Shown: in pieces, positions 1-12,809 of the stretch
Layout of the letters: each line of letters starts with the position of its first letter
Position numbering within the stretch: position 1 is the first letter of the stretch
NCBI GenBank assembly: GCA_964016885.1
Contig: OZ024741.1
Span: 62,744,001 to 62,808,000, forward strand
Direction of reading: 5' to 3'
From: Eledone cirrhosa
Lineage: Eukaryota
DNA: 64,000 nucleotides
Translations under genes and position numbers: made by a program
The notes under the pieces: model-generated
What the model saw: only the letters and a program-made list of their open reading frames with translations
Told to the model about the DNA's origin: nothing
Databases searched by the model: none

Positions 1-590
1 AATGTATGTGACATGGCCGAAGTAGAGAGGTTTTACATGGAACTAACATCACTCACTAGACAAATCCCAAAACATAATGTTCTCATCATTGGCGGAGACT
101 TCAACGCGCGTCTTGGACAGCTTGATGGATTCAAATTCTCATACCACTCACAAACCAATAGAAACGGTTGTATGCTAAAAGATTACTTGTGTGAGAACAA
201 TCTACGATGTCTCAACGCCATATTCCAAAAAAATCCAGGCCAGCGATGGATACACAAATCTCCAAATGGCGACAAGACACAACTGGACTATCTCATAATC
301 AATCGAAAATGGAAGAACAGCGCAAAAAACTGCAGAGCATATGACTCATTTGTTAGTGTTGACTCGGATCATCGCATTGTCTCGGCCAAGATACGATTAG
401 GTCTCTGAGTGGATAAAAAGAAATCTGCAAATGCTACTCCTTACAACTGGACAGTTCTAAATACCAATCCTGAGACTTATAAAACCTTTGTAACCCAACT
501 GAGCAACCGATTTTCTGCCCTACAAGACTTTGCGCCAACAAAATTGACAAAGTCGTTTGGAAGACTCGACAATACAAATGGATAAATCTC
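1..590 (+). mobile_element. LINE fragment, apurinic-type endonuclease (RTE/RTE-X-like), cut by window start
   Basis: ORF 13-408 has APE motifs GGDFNARLG, TNRNG, QLDYLIIN, SDHRIVS; stop at 406-408, decays after. Confidence 0.85.
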
Positions 591-1147
591 CGGGTAACAA
601 GGTCCGGTGGTGGAGAGAGAGATGTAAGTGGGTGTACGTTGAGATGCGTGGTGTGTATAAGATGTGTGAGATGTGTAGAATGAAGGGAAGAGTATAAAGG
701 ATAAAATAAAAATAACAACACAAGAGAGAGTTACCTTGGGAGAGATTTAATAGTCCCTATATATTTCGGATTCACATCCATCAGCTGGGGTTTTTTCCGG
801 GGTGGGGGAAAAGGTTGTCTGTCGGACAAGTCCGGAACGCGTCCTTCGCTGTTTGTTGTTTTGAATATCTGAGGTATTCGGCAGAGCGCGCATGCGCGTG
901 AAATGGGGTCGGTCGTACAGAGGTCAGCGGCCGAATGAGGGAGTGGGATGGTGCTAGCTGTCAGTCCATTCTCTGCCTGTTTGTTAAATGTTACTGTGTG
1001 TGTGTGTGCGTGTGTTGTTGTCTCGCTTGAGTGTGTGTGTGTGTGTGCGTGTGTTGTTGCCTTCTTCCTCTGTATTGGCAGTGTAGTATGTTCGTATGGT
1101 GGAATGCTACTGTGTGTGTGTGCGTGTGTGTGTGTAGTTGTCTCGTT

Positions 1148-1186
<39 letters not shown>

Positions 1187-1490
1187 GTTGTGTGTTGTTG
1201 AATCCCTTGTTAAATTAAACCAGCCATCTCATTTCGCTTCTCTCTGATCGGTTGTTTATTTGCGGTTGCAGTCGTTTGATAAAAAGCGCTTCCTTGATAC
1301 GTAACGTGCCGACGTTTCTTTCAGTCGGATGCTCCGAAGAACTGACTGGTTATAATTTTGTATTGGCGATCGAGTAACGTGAAAACAAGCGAATAGCGAT
1401 CTCTAGACCTACCAGTTCAGAGAAACAATTGTCAGCTATGAGATTAAAAACCTTTTTTGTATAGAAAACCATGTCAACCTTCTTTCCTGA
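591..1490. mobile_element. Probable Penelope-like terminal (pLTR) remnant(s), non-coding
   Basis: Interrupts the LINE and ends at (TA)n; degenerate hammerhead-like motifs at ~755-790 (-, CTGATG-GATGTGAATC-CGAAATATATA) and ~1393-1438 (+, GAAACAATTGTC). Confidence 0.4.
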
Positions 1491-1530
1491 TTTATATATA
1501 TATATATATATACCACGTATATATATATAT

Positions 1531-1620
1531 GTGAACTAACTGCTGTGGAACTACTTCTACCAAACTCGTCTTATCGACTGAGTGCTCTACTACTGCGGAT
1601 ATAACCCTCCAGTGTTTTAC
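1531..1620 (+). repeat. Short PLE-terminal fragment between (TA)n tracts, same family as 45573-45707
   Basis: Reverse complement aligns by eye with 45575-45665 (AACACTGGA.GG...GTAGAGCA.TCAGTC...GACGAGTT.GGTAGAAGT). Confidence 0.65.
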
Positions 1621-1779
1621 TATATATATATATATATGATAAAAATGAGAGTTATTTTAATTAAAAAAAAAGGAGATGTCCTACATGGCTGAAAGTATAG
1701 GGAAAAGAAATCAAAAATGCAACTGGAGTCTTTATAAGAATATTTTCTTTACCGGTTTCACAGTTCTTATGCTTTTCAA

Positions 1780-2055
1780 AAGTAGAATTGAGATGGAGAC
1801 TTGTGGTTTGCAAGACAATTCATCTATATGTTCATAATTTTCTTTAAATCCGTCTTGATGCTTTCTTTGTACCAATCCCAGAACACGCCTTCCTACATCA
1901 TGAATTGACTTTTTAAGGGTCTGCCAAACCTCACCAATATCTGCAACATTAATTTCTTCTCGCAATGTCCTCTTCACACTATTATCCCTGAGACGAGTAA
2001 CATTCAGTCTTTTAGGCAGGGAAACACCAGCAGCTCGGATTTTACGTTCTGTAGT
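1780..2055 (-). mobile_element. RTE-clade LINE fragment (region between endonuclease and RT)
   Basis: Translation LPKRLNVTRL...WQTLKKSIH...VLGLVQRKHQDGFKENYEHIDEL resembles the RTE 'RKHQDWFDEN' motif. Confidence 0.7.
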
Positions 2056-2645
2056 TAATTTTTATTTTGCACGTACCAGGCGGTGGTCCGTCCAATACTA
2101 AGCCTCCCCCAGACAAAATGATATCCCATCGTAGAGTTAACACATAGCTGTTCTTTGTACTTATTTTCAGGTGAGCGGAATGGAGAATCGTGTAATGAAG
2201 TGTTTTGATCAAGAGCGCAACATATCAGCTGGTCCATGACATTACAATTGCATATCCAACCCCTTTTCTTCTAGACCACGCGCCAAGATGTAGATACTTT
2301 ATCAAGACACCATAGGAATTATACAGAAGCTAGAAAAAACAGGTTTCTTCAATACTTTCACGTGTAACTAGAATCAGAAAAAAGTGACTGATGAATCGAA
2401 GTCTGGACAAACAGGATTAATAACGTGATATATTTTAAAAGGACAATTTTGCAGAAGTTCCGAGAAAATTGTGAAGCATAGAGTTTCAGAGACATGAGCT
2501 GCCTTATTGTTATATTACTCTTTTATTCTTTTACTAGCTACAGTCATTTGACTGCGGACATATCGATCCACTAATTATTTGTTTCAAAGCACCGTCATTT
2601 ATGGTTGATGGGAAATATGAAAAACATTATCAAAACAGTATTTTC

Positions 2646-2926
2646 TTTTTTCTGTAACTACAGTCCAGTGTGCTAACATCGATTCATAGTACTTTTTTCT
2701 GTAACTACAGTCCAGTGTGCTAACATCGATTCATAGTACTTTTTTCTGTAACTACAGTCCAGTGTGCTAACATCGATTCATAGTACTTTTTTCTGTAACT
2801 ACAGTCCAGTGTGCTAACCTCGATTCATAGTACTTTTTTCTGTAACTACAGTCCAGTGTGCTAACATCGATTCATAGTACTTTTTTCTGTAACTACAGTC
2901 CAGTGTGCTAACATCGATTCATAGTA
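2646..2926. repeat. Minisatellite, 6 x 47 bp
   Basis: Unit TTTTTTCTGTAACTACAGTCCAGTGTGCTAACATCGATTCATAGTAC; CTGTAAC starts at 2652, 2699, 2746, 2793, 2840, 2887; one substitution in copy 4. Confidence 0.95.
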
Positions 2927-3337
2927 GAAACGTCGGGATGATGATTACAAATTCTGACTATCAAATGTGTATTTTTATAATTGGTTAGTAGTACTACACT
3001 TTCTGTATTTCAGTGTATCTCAGTGTTAAATGTAATATAGACGTACGAATAATTGTTTGATCAGTAAATGTTATCAATAAATACATAAAGATCACGACCG
3101 TATAAATGCCACTAGTGCGGGAGAAACAAATCATCAAGAACAAGAATCTAAGGCAGATAAAATTGATAACTATATTGATTCGTCGCTGTGTTTGAGCATC
3201 CAAAGTGTCGAGAGTAATAATAACGTTTATATTATATGGTTTATGTGAAACATCTAATGTTTTCTTTAGATGGATAACAATCTATTAGTGTCAATTGAAG
3301 AACTTGAACAGGTTATCGAAAGAAATAACGCAACGAA

Positions 3338-3790
3338 ATAATTGTTTCTACTTTTAGCACAAGGCCAGCAATTTGAAGTAAAGAGGGAAAGTCGATTATA
3401 GCGACTTAAGTACGTTACTGGTACTTAATTTATCGATTTCAGAAAGATGGAAGTCAGGCTTGACCTGGGTGTGATTTGAACTCAGACGTAATATGCCGTA
3501 ACTCATCAAAGCACTTGTCTGATGTTCTAATGACTTCCTTTTTTACTGCCCTTTTTAAAATTATGGCTTCTAATATAAGCGTATGACCCACAATGTTATG
3601 GATAGGGAAACAGCAATTATGTCGACCATCGCATGTGGCTGGGTTTTCCCTTTATCGATAATTCCCTCCGATCAGGGTGAATGAAAGGCAAAGTTGACCT
3701 GAGCTGGATTTGAACACAGAATATAAGGGGCCGTAATTAAATACCGCAAAGCACTTTGTCCGGTGCTCTAACGACTCTGACACTCCATCA
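3338..3790 (-). mobile_element. Two diverged tRNA-derived SINE copies (Nin/Deu-domain-like family)
   Basis: Contain ACTGGTACTT..TTTATCGA, GAAAGGCAAAGTTGACCT and ATTTGAAC.CAGA blocks shared with the copies at 40236-40625. Confidence 0.75.
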
Positions 3791-6097
3791 CCATAATAAC
3801 TTCAGGGATAATAACAGAACAACTTTAACTGAATTGATGGAAGTTGACTATAAATATTCTGCCTCATCTTTATCAGAACACCCCAGAACGTGGAATAACA
3901 ACATCAACTCGCATTTTATTGGACATAAGTATTGTACTTTCATCAATGATCTAGCGGATGTTTCCACGCGAGAGTTTTATTGAATTATATTCAATGATAT
4001 ACGGAATTTGAATAAATGAGAACTGTCGATCGTGTCGTTTGTGCTACTTACAAAAGAAACTGCAATTATAATGGGTTTCACAGAATAAAATAGTGAATGG
4101 TATCAAGAAAAGGTGGAATGAACATGTTAATGTGACAGTGCAAATCTATGATGACTTTTCTGCAGTATTTCAGAACCATGCATACGCTGGAAAAAAAACT
4201 GTAAGAAGACGATATATTACAGGTAACTAAAATCAAGTATGTCATAAGAAAGCATACAGAAAATTGGGCTTATTTTACGAGAAAATGGACCCATTTTGGA
4301 TAATTATCTACTTAATTATGACCCAACATGAAATCTGGTATAGATACTGTATTATTCTTCAAGATATATACAGGTAAATAGAAAATGATCAAATATATTT
4401 CTTTTATGAAAATATTGATATATTATACATGAGTTAATAAGAGGACTTCCAAAAACTCACTCGCAAGGTATTAACATTGATGTCATTCGTTGTAGGGACC
4501 GATGGAAATCCACCACCAACAATTATATATTACAAACATCTAAAGCTGCCTTCTTTAGTGGACTTAGTGAATGAAGGAAAACATATTTTTATAGTGTCAA
4601 ATAATGTCATTCTCCGAGGTGTAGCTAAAAAAATCACATTGCAATGTGTTCCATCTAGTATAGTTCCTTTGCTATTTTCCAGTCGAAAGCAAACTTCTTG
4701 CCAGGCTTCCATTACATCCAGCTTTTGTTGTTACACGTAATAGTTCTATATAGAGTTTAATACGCTACAAATCATTCAAGCCTTTATTTACGGTGAATTA
4801 TCTATATCTCATCATTTCGTTACAGAAGTATTGCACAGCACATTAACATACCACATAACTATAAATCCAGTTTCAATACCTATCTATCGGAGGATAAGGA
4901 ATCTTTTTAGGTGGTGATTTCATATAATTAATGGATGTAATGAAACTACTCTAGTTTTAATAATTCGTCGCTATTAAAATATGTCAAAAAGCTTTAAATA
5001 ATGGAACATACGTGATTCAAAACATATGCAAACATATGCAAAGAATTTCAAAGACCAAAAGGAAGAAATTAAATCGAACAATTTCACAATTCGAGCAGGA
5101 AATGACACCAAACAAGAGGAAATGGAATATTTAATACCTCATAAGGTTGTAATGTTGTTCATGATTTATCGGGTCTCATTTTGTCAGTTCTATCTTTTTT
5201 TATTTTTATTTATTTATTTATTTTTTAATTAAAAATGACTGAGAGACATGCATTGTTACGCTTGAAAATGTTTCAGAAATGGCCATCTTCACCCCTGCAC
5301 TTTACTTTCATCAATGACATATTCAACAAATCCCGCAAAACATTTTGTCTGTCAGTCTAACAGTTCTACCAATGCGCCGTCTTCTCAAGTGCTAGTAATT
5401 CAAAGAAAAGTTAAAACAGATGAAGAACAAAAGTGAACATAAAGATGAAAAGTAAACAAATAAATACAGTTTCACTTTCAATATATTTACCGCCATCATT
5501 AATATCTACTGGGGACAAAATTCAAGCCAACAGTTTATATGCTTCTTTTATCTTAATAATTTCCTTCACACTTAAAATCGAAGAAAAAGAAAAAATGACA
5601 GAACCATAAGTGAGATGAATAATCAAGATATTTTAATGTTATTTTAGTGTAATATTTTATCTTAATTTCAGATATCTAACTTTAAGCTAAGACGTAACTG
5701 TACGCAGTTTTTAAATATATATAAACAAGACTAAAACAAAATATACATAACCAAAGGTACATTCGCAACTGAAGAACTTACATAGGAGAAATGTTATAAG
5801 GGAAGATTAAATATCTCATAAATAAAACGGAAACGAAATACCAAAGACTGGGAACGAACAATATAAATATACATAAATGTCAAAGAATATCCCTGAACAC
5901 AAAAATGAAAGATACATCCAATCTTTATTTCTTCTCATTTCATCCACCACCACCACCATTGCCTACAGGTAGCCGACAAGAATTGAAGTATACATACACG
6001 TGAATTATACATACACGTGGAGTTTACATACACGAAGTTTCTCGTTAAATGCCCGCTTTCCTTTTTTTATTTCTTAACATTCAGCTTTAAGCTAGCA

Positions 6098-6440
6098 AAT
6101 AATTCTTTCTACTTTAGGCACACGGCCAGTAATTACCTAGTGCATTACTGGTACTTTATTTTATCGACCCCGTAAGGGTGAAAGGCAAAGTCAACCTCGG
6201 CGGGATTTGAACTCAGATCGTAAAGGGACGTAACTATGCTGGACAGCTAGCAAATAATTGTTTCTACTTTTGGCACAAGGCCAGCAATTATCCAGTGCAT
6301 TACTGGTACTTTATTTTATCGACCCCGTAAGGATGAAAGGCAAAGTTAACCTCGGCGGGATTTGAACTCAGATCATAAAGGGAGGTAACTCTATGCTTCA
6401 AAGCATGGCGTCCGACCCTTACCGATACTGCCAATCCAGC
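6098..6440 (-). mobile_element. Tandem pair of SINEs (same family)
   Basis: Near-identical to reverse complement of 40236-40425; AGCAAATAAT occurs before, between and after the copies. Confidence 0.9.
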
Positions 6441-6715
6441 AAATAATACCAATTATATACAACCACAGATGCAATTGCAGGTTAATAAGTCGGAATATAA
6501 CAGAAAATAAAAGACCCAGTTCAAAAATATAGAAACAAGAATATAAACAATAAGCACGAATAAAGAGTACTAACAATGAAGTAATAAATCAAAATATGTA
6601 TGTATGGAACCAAAATACTCGATAATATCACACAGGCATAGGCGTTTTAAAATGACGGAGTTCATCCATCTCAGATCTGAACGAAACCGATTTCTCCAAG
6701 AGTGTATGGTACATG

Positions 6716-6741
6716 TGTGAGAGTAAGAGAGAGAGAGAGAG

Positions 6742-6813
<72 letters not shown>
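6716..6813. repeat. (GA)n microsatellite
   Basis: Directly visible. Confidence 0.95.
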
Positions 6814-6819
<6 letters not shown>

Positions 6820-7183
6820 TAATTAACCTCATTCCTGAACAGTCACTTATTTTACCTACTTCAAAGGATGAAAGGCAAAGTTGATTCTGACAGTATTTGA
6901 ACTCATCCAGTGCAAAGAGCAATGCTTTGTATCCGACGTTCCAACGCTCTTCTGAAATTTTGCCGCCTAAATCAAACAACAAATAATACGACCATGGTGA
7001 AAAGAATTCTAATATTACTTTTGTACTTCATTTAAATTTCAAAACATTTATTCTAATATTTTGCTTTTGTATTTTCAGATATTAACATATACTTAGGTTG
7101 CATATTTCATTTCTTCATTATAATTAACATTAGTTTCTATATTAGCTTCTGCTTTTCCATATTTAACTTTTTAATACTCGTAA

Positions 7184-7185
<2 letters not shown>

Positions 7186-7259
<74 letters not shown>

Positions 7260-7355
7260 CATATATACATATATATATATATAAATACATATATATACAT
7301 AAATATATATATACATTTACTCCAACGCACTCTAGTATTTTAATTCTTATATACA

Positions 7356-7389
<34 letters not shown>

Positions 7390-7390
7390 C

Positions 7391-7427
<37 letters not shown>

Positions 7428-7428
7428 C

Positions 7429-7461
<33 letters not shown>

Positions 7462-7462
7462 C

Positions 7463-7553
<91 letters not shown>
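7186..7553. repeat. (TA)n / TACA-interrupted microsatellite
   Basis: Directly visible; abuts the 3' end of the Neptune-type PLE. Confidence 0.95.
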
Positions 7554-7554
<1 letters not shown>

Positions 7555-7557
<3 letters not shown>

Positions 7558-10500
7558 TAAAAAGAAAAAGAAAATGCTGACAAATTTTTCCCAGTGAAAA
7601 ATAGATTAATTAGCAATAAGTATAAATCAGTAATAAGTATTAGTTAGTATTCAGTTTTACTTTTAAGTTTTTACCGGTTGTGCAATTCTAATACTTTTCA
7701 AAAATAATTTTGAGATAGAGCGCTCGTGATTTTTGTTCTAATCTGATCAGTTTGGGAAATTTTTCCTGTTTTATGTGAAAATAGTGGCTCCAGAGGTATT
7801 AAGATTTGGCTCGGTGTTGAATGTCACGTGAATAAGCACTATAAATTTCGCGACAATTCGTGTTGCAAAAATTCTTGTAGTCAAAACAATTTTGATTGGT
7901 CGGTAGAAGTCACGTGAATGTTAAAATTGATTTTAGCGCGAACTGGTTTCGCGCCAAATGTAGGTTTGTCGAAGAGTGTCCTTTTCCGCTTGATTGAGTT
8001 GTAGTCATGTTGAGAAGTCACTGAAAAATATGTCTATTAAGACAAATATGTGTATGTGTGTGTGTAGTAAAGTGGTTCATTGTTGTGATAATGGTCAGTA
8101 GGAATGTATGCGTAAGTGTGAGTTGCAGTCATGTTGAAAGGTCAACAGTTCAGGTGTCTATTAAGACAAGTATGTGTGTGTGTGTGTGTGTGTATATATA
8201 GCAGTGTGGGTCATTGTTATGATAATGGGAATGAATCGGTCAGTAGGAATGTGTGTGTACGTGTGTGTGGGGGTGGTGGTATTATTTTAACATGTTGAAA
8301 CATATTTTTCAGCTCTTGTCTTATACAGAGAAGTGTGTGTGTGTATATGTCTGTTTGTTTATTAGTGTACGCGCGCGCGCGCGCGTGTGTGTGTGGATGG
8401 ACCAGTATTTTTGTGATACTAGTAAAAATGGCGTACATTATTCGATATTTTCAATCATTTGCAAAAACGATTCTCTCAAAAGAACATCAATAATAAAAGA
8501 GGTGAAATGATGTATAGTATTGTCATAACACCAAGATGTGTGTGAGTGTCCAGATTGTACGTACTGCAAGGGGAATCCATTAGGCCCTTCTGTATGGGAT
8601 ACTTGTGTACAAATGTGTATGTGCCCATCAATGTGTAATACAATTGTGCGTATGTGTCTGTGTGCGTGTCGGCACGTGTATATCTATAAACATCAAAAGG
8701 TGTGCGAATGTGTGTATATTTGTGTTGCCCCATAGGACATGTATGTTTACGTATGTCATTGTATTTATATGTGGATAGAAATGTATGTAGGATGTATGCT
8801 GATGTAGGTAAGTATGTTGAAGTGTGTATGTTGTGGGTTCGTCTTAGGGAGAAGTGTTTAGACGGGGTCCGTATTTGTTAATAAAGTGAGATTCCTTGCT
8901 GATGCGCTGGGTGTGGGTGGCATTATCTTTACATTTGTAGAGGGGAAAGATTCTAAAGTTGGGATGATTTTGGGTGGCACAGGTATCAATGTGTTCACTC
9001 AGTGGTATTTTTCTCTATTCCCGTATTTTGATTTGGGACCTATGGACAGTCATGCGTTGGCGGAGGCTCTTTTTAGTCTGGCCTATGTATTGTTCTCGAC
9101 AACCTGAGCAAATTAATACATATATTAGGTTTTCTGATGCACATGTGAAATTGTGTTTTACTATAAAACGTTGTCCTTGTTTGAAATAGAATTCCGAACC
9201 CCCTATTAGGTTGATGCATATACCACAGTTGGGTCTATCTCATTTTTTTACTGTGGGTTTCGTTGTTGTGGTTGGCAGTACTTTGACATGTGTTAGGATG
9301 TTTTTCATTGACTTAGATTGTCTTTTGCTCTTTATGATTTCATGTGTTCGAAGGATTTGGTTCATTCTATGGTCCTTTTTTAACACAGGGATGTTCTGGG
9401 GGATGGTGTCAAAGGCCTCATTGTGGAGAGGGTTGTGTGTGGAGATGTATGGAAGAGCTTTTAGTTTCGGTTGATTTACTTTAGGGTGTCTAAGGTCCTG
9501 GGTACTGAGTTTTAGGGCACGTTGGATTCCATTGTCAATTAGTGATGCAGAGTAGTCCCTGCTTATGAGTGTGTCTTTTAGTTCTTGTAGCCGTAAGTAA
9601 CAGGTGTTTTTATTGGAGACTATAGTACAGATTCTATTGGCTAAGTTGTAGGGAATATTAATTTTAACGTGTCTAGGGTGGCATGAACTGAAAGGAAGAT
9701 ATTGCTTGGAGTCTGTGGGCTTGTAGTATATGTCTGTTTCTATTTTCTTGTTATGAATCTTAATGAGGATGTCGAGGAAGGGGAGTTGTTGATGGCTGTA
9801 TTCCATTGTAAAATTAATATTCGTGTTGAGCCCATTTATAAGGGTGTGAAATTCTTTAAGTTTCTCGATGTTTTCGTGCCAAAGGATGAAGCAGTCATCT
9901 AGATATCTCTTCCAGTTATTTTCTATGTGTAATTGGAGAGTGTTTCAAATTTTTTTAGTACTTTAGTGTAGAGGGTGATTTCCAGGTATCCCATGACTAG
10001 GTTGTCATAAGTGGGGCAGTTTTCGTTCCCATAGCAGTCCCAGATTTCTGCCAGTAGAATTTGTTATTGAAAACGAAATAATTATTCTCCAAGATAAATT
10101 TGAGTCCTTCTATCACGAATTCTTTTTTGATGCGTTGTGGGAGTTCATTGTGGTAATTATCCAGCCAGAATTGGATAGCTTCTATTCCTAGGTTGTGGGG
10201 GATGTTGGAGTATAGGTTGACTACAATTAACGTCACTAGTCGGGTTTGTTCAGTTAGGGGTATATTAGGGACGTGGTTGAGCATATATAGGTCGTCCCTT
10301 ATATAGCTTTTAATGTGTTTGAGAAAAGGCTTGAGAAGGGTATCAATGACGTTGCTAAGGCGGTGGGTTTCGCAAGCGGGGCCTGCTATTATAGGTCTTA
10401 ATTTGAGATCATTGAGTGAGGGGACATTGATGACTATGTCTGTGGCTTTCTTGCATGCCTTACTTATTAATGTGCTTTTATGTACTTTAGGGATATCGTA

Positions 10501-11588
10501 GAAAAGGCTGGATTTACTTGTGAAGTCTGTGATGAAGCTGAATTCCTTGTGAGTGAGTCCTTCTTTGTATTGGTTGATCAGAGTTTTTAGGTTTCTCAAA
10601 ATTTTCTGTTGATTGTAGTGTTCAGCCTTTTCGTAGTATGTTTCGTTTTCCAAAGTGGAGAGCGCTAAGTTGATATAGAATTCCATCTCCATTAGGACTA
10701 CTGCACTCCCTTTATCAGCCTCTTTAATTGTAATAGTTCTGTCGGTTTTTAATCTATTTAACTCTTCCCATTCTTTCTTGTTGAGGTTTGGCTTGTGTTT
10801 TTGTCTGTGCAAGTGTTGGTAAGGGAAGTTTGTGATGTGTTCGCAGAATTCGTCCAGGATTTTATTTCTACCTTTTGTTGGGGTGTAGTTGCTTTTATTT
10901 CTGGCTAATGATTCATCCTCATTGTACTGGTCGAATAGTTCTTCACTGAGTCGTAACTTTCTACAGAATTATGTGATGTCTTCCTTCATTTCATAGTAGT
11001 TTGGACGTAGGGGGTCGGTGTGAATTTAAGACCTTTGGAGAGTAAGTTGATAAGGTTGGGAGTTGGTTCTGCACTAGTTAGATTGATAATTTTTATTACT
11101 CCCTGTTTTGTGTTATTTTGTTTGCCTGTATCTGTGTGTTGTGTCTAAAAAATGGTTGGGGTAGAGGGATTGTCTGCTGTTGTTAAGTGGTCTCCTGTGT
11201 TTGCTATATTCTTTGTTGTTGTAAAATGTGGTTTGGGATCGTGGTTGTAGATTGAATGGGGTGTTCTGTATTGCGAGTATGGATGTGTGTTTCTATGTGC
11301 CATGTTGGATTGTGGTGTTATAGGTGGCCTATGTTGTTGGTTGTATCGTGTGGTGTGGGTTTGTTGTGTATTGTGGAAGCGAGAGTTGAGTAAATGGAAA
11401 TTACCTTGCTGTCCCCTTGTGGCGAGGAAGTTATTACATCTATCATGGTAGTGGTATCTTTTCCCTATGTTTGACGATGAGGCATCCGCGTAGTAGTTGA
11501 GGATTTGGTATGGTATCTCCTTGAAGCGGGGAAGTTGTAAATGTCATTCTGGGGGTGATGATTTCTAGGGTTTTTGTTCCTTCTTATG

Positions 11589-11590
<2 letters not shown>
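7555..11590 (-). mobile_element. Penelope-like retroelement, Neptune-type (RT, Cys linker, GIY-YIG), decayed and 5'-truncated, flanked by (TA)n
   Basis: LLSKGLKFTPTP, IKEADKGSAVV, LRPIIAG, NLYSNIPH, GTAMGTKTAP, WKRYLDDCFILW, LPFLDILI, YYKPTDSKQYL, *DRPNCGIC linker, NLIYVLICSGCREQYIGQT; ~1.3-kb 3' non-coding tail. Confidence 0.9.
8855..11100 (-). pseudogene. Disrupted PLE reverse transcriptase / GIY-YIG endonuclease ORF
   Basis: ORF pieces 9997-10812 and 9240-9806 plus in-frame continuation to the GIY-YIG domain; frameshifts and stops. Confidence 0.88.
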
Positions 11591-11628
<38 letters not shown>

Positions 11629-11631
11629 TAC

Positions 11632-11844
11632 AAAATTAAACACACCGTTGTTATTCATCTCACGGATGATTCTACCAGCCACCACTTCATCTTTATTTTT
11701 ATACTTTCTACTACGTCTATTATCATATTGTAATATCCTCATATCCAACGATTGTTTTCTTGTATATATATATATATATATAAAGATGAAGTGGTGTCTG
11801 GTAGAATCATCCGTGAGATGAATAACAACGGTGTGTTTAATTTT
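11632..11844. repeat. Inverted repeat, ~64-bp arms, next to (TA)n
   Basis: 11632-11695 AAAATTAAACACACCGTTGTTATTCATCTCACGGATGATTCTACCAG... vs reverse complement at 11781-11844. Confidence 0.9.
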
Positions 11845-12377
11845 ATTCTATGATTAATAAATTGCATAATTTATTTCAATTTCCAAAAGTTTCACATTAA
11901 TCTGAAATTATATTTTTTTAAAACAAATATAACAGGATTAAAACAAAATATCTACAAAGAAGAGTACAATCACATTTGAACAACTACGATTATAGCGGAG
12001 TGGTTAGTGATATAACAAAAAATTAAAGAACGTGTAACCGAAGATTATAAAGAATCAAGTACCGAATATTAAGAGCTAACACTATAAACAAACAGAAAAG
12101 TTTATAAAAAAGGAAGGTAACAATATAATATCTTAATATAATACACAAGAAATAAAATAATAAACGTAAAATCAAAGAAGGTAATACAGACAAAACGACA
12201 GACACAGAAAAAGATAAACAAAGAGGACCAATTGATCAAAAGACAACCAACGATGAGACCAAGAACTGAAAAAAAAAACGTGACTGACAAAACAACATTC
12301 ATAGATGAACAATGAGGAATTTATTTCAAAAAGCAATACTGTGAATTTGAAATATTAAAATCATACACAGAACAATG

Positions 12378-12586
12378 ATAATGTTTTCTACTATAGTCAG
12401 AAGGCCAGCAATTTTTTTTTTTGGAGGGGGGGGGGGGGGGATTAAATTGACTGGTGCTTTATTTTATCGACCCCGTAAGGTAAAGCTAACCTCGAGGGGA
12501 TTTGAACTCAGATCATAAAGTGGCGTACCTCTATGCTACAAAGCATGATGTCTGACACTCTAACGGTACTGCCAATCGACCGCCCT
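12378..12586 (-). mobile_element. SINE copy with target-site duplication
   Basis: Family motifs; TACACAGAACAAT(G/A)ATAATG on both sides (~12364 and ~12586). Confidence 0.85.
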
Positions 12587-12809
12587 ACACAGAACAATAA
12601 TAATGATTCTTAATATAAGCTCGCGGTTAGTTATTTTGTGGGAGTATATTGTCCAGAGTTCAAACGATTCTTCCAATCCACCGCCCTAATAAAGGTTTCT
12701 GATCTAGGCATATTTTGGGGGAAGAGAAGTCGATTAAATTGACCCCAGTCCGTTAACGGTACTTTATTTCATAGAACCTGTAATGATGAAAAGCAAAGCT
12801 AACCCAAGC

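Noticed and set aside
2646-2926. CRISPR-like regular repeat
   Set aside because: Units are contiguous with no unique spacers, no cas genes, eukaryotic context.
4461-4712. Possible minus-strand exon ending at CGA|GTGAGT (and another at ~4051-4187)
   Set aside because: In-frame stops in the frames checked and no recognisable homology.
7715-7755. Hammerhead expected in the Neptune 3' end (CTGATCA-GATT...AATC on minus strand)
   Set aside because: Lacks G8 and GAAA of the catalytic core.
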